NCBI GenBank assembly: GCA_023398335.1
Contig: JAEWSJ010000006.1
Coordinates: 70,446 to 134,445, forward strand
DNA length: 64,000 bases
Source: Bacillota bacterium
GTDB taxonomy: Bacteria; Bacillota_I; Bacilli_A; RFN20; CAG-288
Reading direction: 5' to 3'
The translations under genes and the position numbers were made by a program. The notes below the pieces were generated by a model that saw nothing but the letters and a program-made list of their open reading frames with translations, ran no database searches and was not told where the DNA came from. This document shows positions 18,864-27,761 of this stretch, piece by piece. How positions within the stretch are numbered: the stretch's first letter is position 1; each line of letters begins with the position of its first letter.

Positions 18864-19892
18864 ATGAATAAGAATGTAATTTCTCAATCAGATGAACTCA
18901 TAAAGTTAAAAAAGAAATATAAAAAGAACAATTTACTTGTTAGCATTTTAATATCTTTTCTTATTCTTATTTTGTGCGTAGCGTATTTGCTATGTTATAT
19001 TTTGAGTCAAACAGAATATATGGGAAATGTGATGACCCCTATGCTCAATATATCTTTCTTAGTTTACTTTGATGTTTCTTCTTATATTTTTGATTTTGCA
19101 AATGTTAATAACATCTATCGTATTTTATCAATAGTTGTTGCTTTATTGATTTCTTTCTTTGCCGGGTTTACATATAGTAAATTACACATTAAAAAAATAA
19201 ATAAGAAATTTAAGAGCGATTATTATAAGTTCTTAGTTGCTGAAGCAAAAATCAACGGAATTGTTATTGATGTTAAAACAGATTCTGCATCTAATGACGA
19301 TGCTAAAAACTTAGACTTAATGAATATTTCTTTACCTGAAAGAGAAAAAACTTATCAGTTTTCGACTCCAATGCTTTCATGGGAAGGTGTTCAATATAAA
19401 TATATATTAGGAGATAAAAAGCGCGATGGCTTTTTGATTAATACCAGTTTATCGCGAGCTCGTACTCAAGGACTAATTCAGTTACGTACTTTCGGCAGTC
19501 CTTCTATACATCAATATAACGGGCTAACAATTAATAAATATGGCTTCGGTGAAGACAATAGAATAGCTAATTTTGTTTGCTATACTTCTTTAGGACCGGA
19601 TATTTATTTAGCGGTCAATGTTAAAGTTGCTGAAGCTTTAGCTGATTTAAAGAATTTCGTCCAGTCTGATTTAGTTGTATCTGTAATTGGTGATAGACTA
19701 CAAATTTTCATCGATGGATTTAGATTGAATTTATCGCGTGGAATAAAAGATAAAATTGAGAATGATGCTTTGGAAAGACAAGCTGAAGCAATTGTTGCTC
19801 TTCATCAAGTTATTACTGCTCTTTCAGTTGCATTAAGTGGTGAAATCACTTTTGCCCCTGAGAGTAAAGGAAACGGTATTTCTAGTTATTAA
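18864..19892 (+). CDS. membrane protein of unknown function
   Basis: 342 aa. Basic N-terminus, two or three hydrophobic helices within residues ~25-105, then a ~230-aa soluble domain. No motif I recognise. Confidence 0.5.
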   Translation: MNKNVISQSDELIKLKKKYKKNNLLVSILISFLILILCVAYLLCYILSQTEYMGNVMTPMLNISFLVYFDVSSYIFDFANVNNIYRILSIVVALLISFFAGFTYSKLHIKKINKKFKSDYYKFLVAEAKINGIVIDVKTDSASNDDAKNLDLMNISLPEREKTYQFSTPMLSWEGVQYKYILGDKKRDGFLINTSLSRARTQGLIQLRTFGSPSIHQYNGLTINKYGFGEDNRIANFVCYTSLGPDIYLAVNVKVAEALADLKNFVQSDLVVSVIGDRLQIFIDGFRLNLSRGIKDKIENDALERQAEAIVALHQVITALSVALSGEITFAPESKGNGISSY

Positions 19893-19924
19893 TTATCATA
19901 GTTTTTATAGAAAGGTAGGTAATT

Positions 19925-21037
19925 ATGGGAAATAGGAAAATGGTAGTAATGCTACTTGCGGGTGGAAAAGGAACTAGACTTGAATCTTTAACAAAGAAGA
20001 TAGCTAAACCCGCGGTTTTTTTCGGCGGAAAATATAGAATAATTGACTTTCCACTATCGAATTGTGCTAATAGTGGAATTGATTGTGTTGGTGTATTAAC
20101 TCAATATGAATCAGTCGCTTTAAACACATACATTGGAAACGGATCTAATTGGGGAATTGATGGTAATAAATCAGTTACCACTAATTTGCCACCACGTCAG
20201 ACTGAGGAAGGCGCAACATGGTATAAAGGAACCGCGGATGCAATTTATCAGAACATTGATTTTTTGGATCAACATAATCCAGAGTATGTTGCTATTCTTT
20301 CTGGAGACCATATCTATAAAATGGATTATTCCAAGATGTTAGATTTCCATATAAGCAAAGGTGCGGATTTAACTATTGCTGTATTAAATGTTTCGCTTGA
20401 AGAAGCAAAACGTTTTGGTATTATGAAAGCGGATGAAGATCTTCGTATTGTTGATTTTGCTGAAAAACCAAAACATCCAGAATCAACTTTAGCTTCAATG
20501 GGGATATATATTTTCTCCTATAAGGTTCTTCGTGAAGTTCTTATTAGAGATCATAAAAATCCGGAGTCTGAAAATGATTTTGGTAAGAATGTTATTCCTG
20601 ATTTGTTATCACGCAAAAAGAAATTATACGCTTATCAATTTGATGGCTATTGGAAAGACGTTGGAACCATTAATTCTTTATGGGAAGCCAATATGGATTT
20701 GTTAGATGGTAATTGTAATTTAGATTTATACGAGAACAAATATCGTATTTTCTCTGAAGATACTCACTCAATACCTCAGTTTATCGGACCGACTGGTAAA
20801 GTCTCAAATTCCTTAATTAATCAAGGCGCTATTATTAATGGCGAAGTAAAACACTCCGTTATTTTTAACGAAGTTGAAATTGAAAAAGGTGCGGTTGTTG
20901 AAAATAGTGTTATTATGCCAAGCACAGTTATTAAAGCTGGCGTAGTCTTAAAAAACGCGATAGTTGGTGCCTCGATTGTGGTTGATGAATCACATGAGCC
21001 ACAAGATGGACAAGAAGTAATTCTTGTTAATGATTAA
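19925..21037 (+). CDS. glgC: glucose-1-phosphate adenylyltransferase, catalytic subunit
   Basis: 370 aa. [35 protein letters not shown], and a C-terminal left-handed beta-helix repeat region. Confidence 0.9.
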   Translation: MGNRKMVVMLLAGGKGTRLESLTKKIAKPAVFFGGKYRIIDFPLSNCANSGIDCVGVLTQYESVALNTYIGNGSNWGIDGNKSVTTNLPPRQTEEGATWYKGTADAIYQNIDFLDQHNPEYVAILSGDHIYKMDYSKMLDFHISKGADLTIAVLNVSLEEAKRFGIMKADEDLRIVDFAEKPKHPESTLASMGIYIFSYKVLREVLIRDHKNPESENDFGKNVIPDLLSRKKKLYAYQFDGYWKDVGTINSLWEANMDLLDGNCNLDLYENKYRIFSEDTHSIPQFIGPTGKVSNSLINQGAIINGEVKHSVIFNEVEIEKGAVVENSVIMPSTVIKAGVVLKNAIVGASIVVDESHEPQDGQEVILVND

Positions 21038-21049
21038 GGAGAACGAAAA

Positions 21050-22162
21050 ATGATTAAAGTAACTGGTTTATTAGATTTACATAATTCTTCTTTTATTGAT
21101 GGACTTACGGAAACTCGTAGTGTTGCTTCCACTTCTTTTTTAGGAAGATACGCTTTTATGGATTTCTCATTATCTAATTTTACTAATAGTGAAATTGATG
21201 ATATTGGTATTCTTGTTAAAGAACATGTTAGATCAATTGTTCAACACACTGGATCTGGTCATGCATGGAACGATAATACAAAAATTGGTGGCGTTTCATT
21301 ACTTTATGATGAACCATATGGAAACCAAGGATTCTATAATCACGATATTAATAACTTGTTAGAAAATTTTTGGTTTATTAAAAAGAGTCAAGCTGATGTA
21401 GTTGTTATTGCTCCAGCTCATATAATATATCGTATGGACTTTAGACCACTTATTGCTGAGCATGTAAAAAACAAAAATAAGATTACTCTTGTTTATCATA
21501 AACTTGATCACGCTAAAACATCCTTCTTAGGGGAAGATATTAGCGTTATAAATAACGATGGTTTACTCGAAGATTTAGTTCCAAATCAAGGAACTGAAGA
21601 TCGTGTTAATATTTCAATGCAAACTTATATTATTGATAAAGAAGTATTTAAGGGACTTATTCAAGTTGGGGCTAAAACATCTTCATTCTACAATTTACGT
21701 GATACGATTAAACTCTTATGTAAAGATATGCCAATCCATACTTATGAACATAAGGGCTATGTAAGATGCTTTGGAACTCTTGAACAATATTTAAAATACT
21801 CTTTAGAATTACTCGATGTTGATACTTGGAATGAACTGTTTGATGATGAATGGAATATCTACACAAAGACTTATGATACTCCACCAGCTAAATATGGCTT
21901 ATCAAGCAATGTTTCTAACGCCTTTATCGCTAATGGTTCACAGATTAATGGTACGGTTAAAAATAGTATTTTAGCTCGTGATGTTATTGTATGTGAAGGA
22001 GCGGTAGTAGAGAATTCTGTTATTTTATCTGGTACATATATATCTGAAGGTACGCACCTTTCAAATGTTGTGGTTGATAAGGAATGTCAAATTTTACATG
22101 CTAAAGAGATTTCTGGTACAAAAGAAAAGCCTTTATTAATTAAAAGAGGAGATATTGTTTAA
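21050..22162 (+). CDS. glgD: glucose-1-phosphate adenylyltransferase, GlgD subunit
   Basis: 370 aa paralogue lacking the GGxGxRL loop (..FLGRYAFMDFSLSNFTNSEI..). Positioned between glgC and glgA as in Bacillota. Confidence 0.8.
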   Translation: MIKVTGLLDLHNSSFIDGLTETRSVASTSFLGRYAFMDFSLSNFTNSEIDDIGILVKEHVRSIVQHTGSGHAWNDNTKIGGVSLLYDEPYGNQGFYNHDINNLLENFWFIKKSQADVVVIAPAHIIYRMDFRPLIAEHVKNKNKITLVYHKLDHAKTSFLGEDISVINNDGLLEDLVPNQGTEDRVNISMQTYIIDKEVFKGLIQVGAKTSSFYNLRDTIKLLCKDMPIHTYEHKGYVRCFGTLEQYLKYSLELLDVDTWNELFDDEWNIYTKTYDTPPAKYGLSSNVSNAFIANGSQINGTVKNSILARDVIVCEGAVVENSVILSGTYISEGTHLSNVVVDKECQILHAKEISGTKEKPLLIKRGDIV

Positions 22163-23580
22163 TGAACATAATATTTGCTGCGGGTGAATCACAGCCATTT
22201 GTGAAAACTGGTGGATTAGCTGATGTTGTTTTTGGACTTTCAAAAGCTCTTGTTGAAAAGAAAAATAAAGTTGCTGTATTCATTCCGTTTTACAGCAAAG
22301 TAAAAGCTCATCAAGAAATGTATGAATGGGTTGATGCTTTTGATGTTGTTCAAGGTTGGAGAATGACACATGCGAATATTCTTCATCTTCTAAAAGACGG
22401 CGTCGATTTTTATTTTGTTGAATGCGATCAATATTTTGATCGCTCTAATGCATATGGCTATCAAGATGACAGTGAAAGATTTTGTTTCTTTTCCTTAGCA
22501 GTAAAGAAAGCAATAATTAGGTTAAAACTTAATCCGGATATTATTCATGTTCACGATTGGCAAGCAGCAATTATACCATTGTTATTAGCGGACGCGGGCG
22601 TAAAATGTCGCTCGGTCTTAACAATTCATAATCCGGCTTTCCAAGGCTATCTTAATCCGGCTTCTTTAGGTGATTTACTTAATCTACCAACCTGGTATTA
22701 CAGCAGTGGATTATTAAGATTTAATGATCAAGTTTCATTGTTAAAAGGTGGAATAAGCACCTGCGATATTATTACTACGGTTTCTCATACTCACGCTAAC
22801 GAATTACTAAATGATAAAACATCATTTAATGGAATTGGCAATGTAATTAATATTAGAGCAAATGATTTATTTGGAATTGTTAATGGCTTAGATGTAGATG
22901 AATTTAATCCATTAACAGATAAGCTTATTGCTAAGACGTATGGAGTAGATGATTACGAAGAAGGAAAAAAATCTAATAAAGTTGCGCTTTTAAAGGCGAT
23001 GGGTTTCTCTAAACCTAACTCAAAAGGTCCAGTATTTGGAATAGTCTCACGTTTGACTACTCAAAAGGGTGTTGAAAGAATATGCCGTAATATTGATCAA
23101 TTGCATAAACTTAATGCTAAACTAGTTGTTCTTGGTCAAGGTGAATATGATATTGAGCAAAGTTTAGAATGGGCTGCTCGAACCTATCCTGATACAGTAA
23201 AAATTTACATGGGATATAACGATTCACTTGCACATCTAATTTATGCTGGTAGTGATTTTTTCTTTATGCCTTCTAAGTTTGAACCGTGTGGATTAGGTCA
23301 ATTGATTGCAATGCATTATGGAACATTACCACTGGTTGCAAAGGTTGGAGGTCTTACAGATACGGTAAGAAGTTATTTTGATTCACGGTCAACTGCGACT
23401 GGTTTTGCTTTTGAACCATGGGATGAAAATTGCTTTGATTATGCCATTGGCTATATGTGTGAAATGTATAAAGATGGTAAATTGAAGCCGTTAATTCAAA
23501 ATGCAATGAACGAAGACTTCTCTTGGAATAGAAGAGTAAACGAATATATTGATTTATATAAAAACATCTTAAAGCGATAA
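22162..23580 (+). CDS. glgA: glycogen synthase (ADP-glucose type)
   Basis: 472 aa. N-terminus ESQPFVKTGGLADVV (KTGGL motif) and a C-terminal GT-B region ..PSKFEPCGLGQLIAMHYGTLP. Confidence 0.9.
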   Translation: MNIIFAAGESQPFVKTGGLADVVFGLSKALVEKKNKVAVFIPFYSKVKAHQEMYEWVDAFDVVQGWRMTHANILHLLKDGVDFYFVECDQYFDRSNAYGYQDDSERFCFFSLAVKKAIIRLKLNPDIIHVHDWQAAIIPLLLADAGVKCRSVLTIHNPAFQGYLNPASLGDLLNLPTWYYSSGLLRFNDQVSLLKGGISTCDIITTVSHTHANELLNDKTSFNGIGNVINIRANDLFGIVNGLDVDEFNPLTDKLIAKTYGVDDYEEGKKSNKVALLKAMGFSKPNSKGPVFGIVSRLTTQKGVERICRNIDQLHKLNAKLVVLGQGEYDIEQSLEWAARTYPDTVKIYMGYNDSLAHLIYAGSDFFFMPSKFEPCGLGQLIAMHYGTLPLVAKVGGLTDTVRSYFDSRSTATGFAFEPWDENCFDYAIGYMCEMYKDGKLKPLIQNAMNEDFSWNRRVNEYIDLYKNILKR

Positions 23581-23581
23581 G

Positions 23582-23619
23582 AAAAAAGCTTCGATTTATA
23601 AAATGGTCGAAGCTTTTTT
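23582..23619. terminator. bidirectional terminator between glgA and the convergent kinase gene
   Basis: AAAAGCTTCGA ... TCGAAGCTTTT hairpin flanked by an A-run and a T-run. Confidence 0.8.
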
Positions 23620-23626
23620 ACTAAAA

Positions 23627-24181
23627 TTATTTCTTTGAATCGAGTTCAGTAAGTTTAGCGTGATATAGTTCAACGATACGATCAGCAACTTCTCTTAAAG
23701 TTAAACTTTCTGTATCAATATTAATTATTCTATCATCGTTAAAGTTGGCATCTGCAAACCATGTGACATCTTTATCTAGACGTTGCTTAATTGATTCTAG
23801 ATTATCTCCTCTTTCGAGCATACGTGAATAACGCATATCTTTAGAAGCGATAAGACGGAATAAAACGATACGAGGATCGTTTAATGAAAGAAATACTTTA
23901 GCACCTGAAGTTTCAACGATAAGAACTTTGTTATCTTCGATTTCTTTTTTACTTGTACCATAGTAATTTCCGTTATATGTCGTTGTTTCTACAAAAAAAT
24001 CTTCTTCCTTTAGTTCTAAAAACTTTTCTTTAGAAACAAAATGATAATCAACATCATTAACTTCACCTTTACGCATATCTCTAGTAGTATGTGTGACGAC
24101 TTTCTTAATCCCATACAAAGTATTTAATACTCTTGCTGTTTCTGTTTTGCCTGAGGCACTTGCTCCGGTTATTACAATCAT
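23627..24181 (-). CDS. guanylate kinase family protein
   Basis: 184 aa. P-loop ITGASASGKT, then THTTRDMRKGEVNDVDYHFVSKEKF (the guanylate-kinase TTR..R.GE..G.DY.FV pattern). Confidence 0.7.
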   Translation of the reverse strand: MIVITGASASGKTETARVLNTLYGIKKVVTHTTRDMRKGEVNDVDYHFVSKEKFLELKEEDFFVETTTYNGNYYGTSKKEIEDNKVLIVETSGAKVFLSLNDPRIVLFRLIASKDMRYSRMLERGDNLESIKQRLDKDVTWFADANFNDDRIINIDTESLTLREVADRIVELYHAKLTELDSKK

Positions 24182-24210
24182 ATTGCTTCCTCCAATAATG
24201 TATATTTAAG

Positions 24211-24239
24211 ATTTTAGTTTATCTAAGTAAACTAGTCAA
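24211..24239 (-). promoter_or_regulatory. sigma-A-type promoter for the kinase gene
   Basis: On the minus strand: TTGACT, 17-nt spacer, TAAAAT. GGAGG precedes the ATG. Confidence 0.5.
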
Positions 24240-24303
24240 GAAACGAAAGTTAATTATTCAATTATCTTTTCATTGTTTGTTTGTTTTATTGCGTTTTTAG
24301 TAC

Positions 24304-24332
24304 TTGCAATTAAAATATTGCTATGTTATTAT
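24304..24332 (+). promoter_or_regulatory. sigma-A-type promoter upstream of the tRNA
   Basis: TTGCAA (24304-24309), 17-nt spacer, TATTAT (24327-24332), about 30 nt before the tRNA 5' end. Confidence 0.5.
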
Positions 24333-24361
24333 TAATAACGAGCGCTGAAGCTCATTGATAT

Positions 24362-24436
24362 CGCGGGGTAGAGCAGTGGTAGCTTGCCGGGCTCATAACC
24401 CGGAGGTCGTAAGTTCAAGTCTTACCCCCGCTACCA
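24362..24436 (+). tRNA. tRNA-Met(CAU), initiator-type (tRNA-fMet), CCA encoded
   Basis: 75-nt cloverleaf: CGCGGGG / GAGC-AGTGGTA-GCTT / CCGGG-CTCATAA-CCCGG / AGGTC / GTAAG-TTCAAGT-CTTAC / CCCCGCT-A-CCA. Three consecutive G-C pairs at the bottom of the anticodon stem and a C1xU72 mismatch are initiator hallmarks. Confidence 0.9.
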
Positions 24437-24513
24437 ATTATAAAACATGTCGTGAGTGATCGCGACTTTTTATTTCTTATTGAGATTTCACAATAAGTAT
24501 CAGTAAATTACCT

Positions 24514-24906
24514 GGGGATGAAAAGGTTTCGACAGGTAAGGAGTAGTTCGAATTGCAGTCGAGCGGTGACGTTATCACTAAAAATAGATAAATGGCAAAA
24601 CAATTTATCAAAATCATGCGCCTGCTTTCGCAGCCGCTGCTTGCTAATTAAGCGTATCGCAGCATAAGTTTGACTCTCTGAGTCACGCATCATCTTATTA
24701 AATCTCGCTCGTCTTTCGGAGCTAGTAAGGTGTAACCAAGAAGGGCTAGTTACATATATGATAGTTATTATGTAATGAAAATAAAATTATCGACCATAAT
24801 GACCTTTTGTTCACTTAGGTTTTTATGGTTATAAAAGTGGACTAAACTGTAGTAGTTTGGATGGTGCCTTATTTGGACAGGAGTTCAACTCTCCTCATCT
24901 CCACCA
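24514..24906 (+). ncRNA. ssrA: tmRNA (transfer-messenger RNA)
   Basis: 5' GGGGATGAAAAGGTTTCGACAGG and 3' GGACAGGAGTTCAACTCTCCTCATCTCCACCA (tRNA-like domain). Tag ORF at 24594-24647 begins GGCAAAAC as in B. subtilis and encodes GKTIYQNHAPAFAAAAC-stop. Confidence 0.9.
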
Positions 24907-24918
24907 AAATGAAAACAT

Positions 24919-24953
24919 AGGTTTGATACATAGTTATCAGGCCTTTTTTCTTT
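24919..24953 (+). terminator. terminator after tmRNA
   Basis: AGGTTTGAT-ACATAGTT-ATCAGGCCT hairpin (two G-U pairs) followed by TTTTTTCTTT. Confidence 0.55.
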
Positions 24954-25050
24954 GGCAGAAAGGTAAGAAAATCCTATCCGCCAGTTTTGATAAGATCAGT
25001 AGTAGTCAGATTTTAGGCTGTTTACTGGTCTTCTTTTCTTTTAGTAAACT

Positions 25051-25083
25051 ACTTTTGAACGATTACTCAACTTTTGAACGATT
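25051..25083. repeat. perfect 14-bp direct repeat ACTTTTGAACGATT x2 (period 19 bp)
   Basis: Copies at 25051-25064 and 25070-25083, in the non-coding stretch between tmRNA and the HTH ORF. Confidence 0.9.
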
Positions 25084-25201
25084 TGAGAGAAACAGGGATA
25101 AAAAAGTAACATATCTTTCATTTAATGGACAAAATGATAAAAACTTGAGTTTAATAGTTAAATTCTTAATTTGTTGTACACACATAAAAAAATTCTACAA
25201 A

Positions 25202-25408
25202 TTAAGAAGTCTTTTTCATGTTTAATATTTTTAACTGCTTGTTCTTATCAATCTCTCTTTTGATGGTAGAAATAGAAACATGAACATACTTAGCTGTATC
25301 AGTTAAATTCATACCTCTTTCAAGACAAGAATATATAGCTTGTCTGTCTGAAAAAGTAAGTTGCTTAGAAGCAACATGAATAGAGTCTTTAAATGTATCG
25401 TTAATCAT
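25202..25408 (-). CDS. small HTH protein resembling the N-terminal HTH of IS30-family transposases (possible remnant)
   Basis: 68 aa. KQLTFSDRQAIYSCLERGMNLTDTAKYVHVSISTIKREIDKN parallels the IS30 N-terminus (LT.eER..I..ll..g.S.r.IA..lgRs.STIsREikRN). No catalytic DDE region follows in any frame. Confidence 0.35.
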   Translation of the reverse strand: MINDTFKDSIHVASKQLTFSDRQAIYSCLERGMNLTDTAKYVHVSISTIKREIDKNKQLKILNMKKTS

Positions 25409-25610
25409 AATAAGTAATCCTTTCTATTAGATAATTTAAAGATGGAGTACTAACAATGAAAAATATAACTTTTACAGTTAGGTTTTGAAGTTAAGATTTT
25501 AATCAAGCAATAACATAATATTTAAGCAATGTAATCATAAAATAACTATTTCTGTTGAATATATTATTTCATGTGATATAACGGAAACAAAAAGAAAGGA
25601 TTTCGTTTCC

Positions 25611-26111
25611 GTGAATAATAAAATTATTGATTACACAATACAAAGTATAAAAAAAGATGGCTTAAAATTTTCGGTAGATGACATTGCTAAAGGACTGAAG
25701 ATTTCAAAGAAAACCATATACAAAATCTTTCCTGACAATGAAGATTTAGCAATGGCTGTTTACAACAAATATTATAATGAAGCATTAAATCGTGCTGAAA
25801 ATATTGTAAGTAATGGAGGTTCAAGAAATAAAAAAGATTTGTTGAATTTATATTACGATACATTTTCGATTCAAAATGAAAATATATTTAACAAATATAA
25901 ATTGAACGATTCAGTTTTAAGATTAGCAACTAATAGGCAACAAGACTTATGTGATGTAATTTCATCAATTTTAGTTAGTGATAATGGTAAATCATTAAAA
26001 CTAATTATTGATGGAGTTTTTACGAATATAATTAATAAAGATATTAGTGATAAAGAGAAAACAGAGATTATAGAAAGACTTGCGACAATATTATGGCAAT
26101 TGATTCTTTAA
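25611..26111 (+). CDS. TetR/AcrR family transcriptional regulator
   Basis: 166 aa, GTG start. N-terminal HTH ..FSVDDIAKGLKISKKTIYKIFPDNEDL. Confidence 0.75.
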   Translation: MNNKIIDYTIQSIKKDGLKFSVDDIAKGLKISKKTIYKIFPDNEDLAMAVYNKYYNEALNRAENIVSNGGSRNKKDLLNLYYDTFSIQNENIFNKYKLNDSVLRLATNRQQDLCDVISSILVSDNGKSLKLIIDGVFTNIINKDISDKEKTEIIERLATILWQLIL

Positions 26112-27319
26112 AAATATTTGCAATCATTTGTATTACGTTAATAGTTGGCAAACTTGTTTCAAAAATTAAACTTCCAGCAATTCTTGGTTGGTTAATTACT
26201 GGAATTGTTTTTGGTCCGTATCTTGTTGGAATTGTATCTTTAGATATATTAAATTCTAATGGTTATAAAATTTTCACAAAATTTTTTGAGTGCTTTGCGG
26301 GTGTAATGATTGGTAAAGAATTGATCTTTAGTAAAATTAAGGCCTCAGGAAAACAAATAATAGGAATAACATTTATTCAATCAATTGGAACATTCATGTT
26401 TGTATCGTTAGTTTTTGCAATTACTTTTATTATTGTTGATATTCCTATTTATCTTGCTTTTATTTTTGGTGGTATAGCTTTAGCTACTGCACCAGCTCCA
26501 GCTTTATCAATTGTATCTGAATATCAAACTAAAGGTCCTGTAACTAATACATTAATTCCTTTAGCTGCGATTGATGATGTAATAGGTGTAGTAGTGTTTT
26601 TAACAGTTATTTCAGTTGTGAGTGCTTGTTATGGAAGTGGTGCTAATTCACCGTTATTAATAATCGCCATGGTTTTATTACCTTTTGTTATTGGAATAAT
26701 AGTCGGCTTTATATGCAGTATAATTATTAAACATATCAAGAATAATATTATCCAATTAGCAACTTTTACAATATTTTTATGCTTATCCACATTAAGTGGA
26801 CTATTAATTGATAAATACATGTTCAATTCATTCTCGTTAAATTATCTATTAATTGGTATGTCGTTTAGTGCGGTGATTGTGAATATGGTAGAGGAAAAAG
26901 AATTGGAGAAGTTATTTAATCTATATAATCCGATTCTAAATATTTCTTTAGTTATAGTTATCGTTAACCTAGGTATGCCACTTGATTACCGACTTATTGC
27001 TGGTGCGGGACTATTTACTTTTATCTATATTATTTCACGAGCATTAGGAAAGATTGGTAGAGCGTATCTAGGTGGTAAAGTAACTAAAGCTGAACCAACT
27101 GTAACAAAATATCTTGGATTTACGTTGCTTCCACATTCAGGAGTATCATTAGTATTTACAGGTATTGCTGTTACGACTTTAACTAGCATAGATTCTTCTT
27201 TAGCAACCATTATTTCTGGTACGATTGTAGCTGCAGCGATAATAAATGAAATCATTGCTGTTATTGTAGCAAAAGTAGCATTTAAAGCTTCGGGAGAAAT
27301 AGAGCAAATAAAAAAGTAA
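26093..27319 (+). CDS. cation:proton antiporter (Na+/H+ exchanger family)
   Basis: 408 aa, about 11-12 TM helices. N-terminus IVGKLVSKIKLPAILGWLITGIVFGPYLVGIV is typical of the family. Overlaps tetR by 19 nt. Confidence 0.75.
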   Translation: MAIDSLKIFAIICITLIVGKLVSKIKLPAILGWLITGIVFGPYLVGIVSLDILNSNGYKIFTKFFECFAGVMIGKELIFSKIKASGKQIIGITFIQSIGTFMFVSLVFAITFIIVDIPIYLAFIFGGIALATAPAPALSIVSEYQTKGPVTNTLIPLAAIDDVIGVVVFLTVISVVSACYGSGANSPLLIIAMVLLPFVIGIIVGFICSIIIKHIKNNIIQLATFTIFLCLSTLSGLLIDKYMFNSFSLNYLLIGMSFSAVIVNMVEEKELEKLFNLYNPILNISLVIVIVNLGMPLDYRLIAGAGLFTFIYIISRALGKIGRAYLGGKVTKAEPTVTKYLGFTLLPHSGVSLVFTGIAVTTLTSIDSSLATIISGTIVAAAIINEIIAVIVAKVAFKASGEIEQIKK

Positions 27320-27328
27320 ATAAACACA

Positions 27329-27376
27329 TTGACATTCATCAATATGTTAAATATAATATTTATGTCTATCAATATG
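27329..27376 (+). promoter_or_regulatory. consensus sigma-A promoter of arsR with two ATCAATATG boxes (putative ArsR operator)
   Basis: TTGACA (27329-27334), 17-nt spacer, TATAAT (27352-27357). Box TCATCAATATG (27336-27346) lies in the spacer and box CTATCAATATG (27366-27376) lies downstream of -10. Confidence 0.65.
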
Positions 27377-27386
27377 AGGTGTAAAT

Positions 27387-27692
27387 ATGACTAATGAAGA
27401 ATTTTTAGAAGTGCTAAAAGTGATTGATGATAATACTCGTTTAACTATTTTACAAATGCTATCTAAAAACGGCACGATGTGTGCTTGCAAAATCTTAGAA
27501 GAATTAAACATTACTCAAGGAACTTTGTCTCATCATATGAAGATGCTACTAAATGCAGGTTTAGTAAACTGTGAAAAGGACGGCAAGTGGTGTCACTATA
27601 CATTAGTGACAAATAATATGCATCAAATAGCAAATTATATTAATAACATCTGCGATGAGGTTTCGAATAGTAAATCCTGCTGTTGTAAATAA
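27387..27692 (+). CDS. arsR: ArsR/SmtB family metalloregulator
   Basis: 101 aa. ..LTILQMLSKNGTMCACKILEELNITQGTLSHHMKMLLNAGLV.. (winged HTH with Cys pair CxC) and a Cys-rich C-terminus SKSCCCK. Confidence 0.8.
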   Translation: MTNEEFLEVLKVIDDNTRLTILQMLSKNGTMCACKILEELNITQGTLSHHMKMLLNAGLVNCEKDGKWCHYTLVTNNMHQIANYINNICDEVSNSKSCCCK

Positions 27693-27724
27693 CTGCCTGA
27701 ATAAGGCTTTTATTTTTAAGTTAT

Positions 27725-27744
27725 ATATTGATAACTATCAATAT
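27725..27744. promoter_or_regulatory. perfect palindrome ATATTGATA-AC-TATCAATAT (putative ArsR operator) upstream of the permease gene
   Basis: 9-2-9 perfect inverted repeat, 18 nt before the ATG at 27762. Same half-site as the boxes at arsR and at 30021. Confidence 0.65.
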
Positions 27745-27761
27745 GACAAGAAAGAGAATAT

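Noticed and set aside
18864-19892. Considered whether this 342-aa protein could be the missing JetD/MksG partner of the Mks-like triad
   Set aside because: It is a membrane protein with N-terminal TM helices and has no Toprim-like acidic motif. A terminator, a riboswitch and a three-gene ABC operon separate it from the triad.
24508-25225. ORFs 24508-24693 (-) and 24857-25225 (+) from the six-frame track
   Set aside because: Both overlap the tmRNA gene (24514-24906), whose 5' and 3' tRNA-like ends and tag ORF are unambiguous. They have no Shine-Dalgarno sequence and their composition looks random.
25581-25612. Inverted repeat ACGGAAAC-N16-GTTTCCGT enclosing the Shine-Dalgarno sequence and GTG start of tetR
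   Set aside because: It could be a TetR operator or an SD-sequestering hairpin. However, the arms are short, the spacing is atypical for TetR operators, and there is no second copy to support it.
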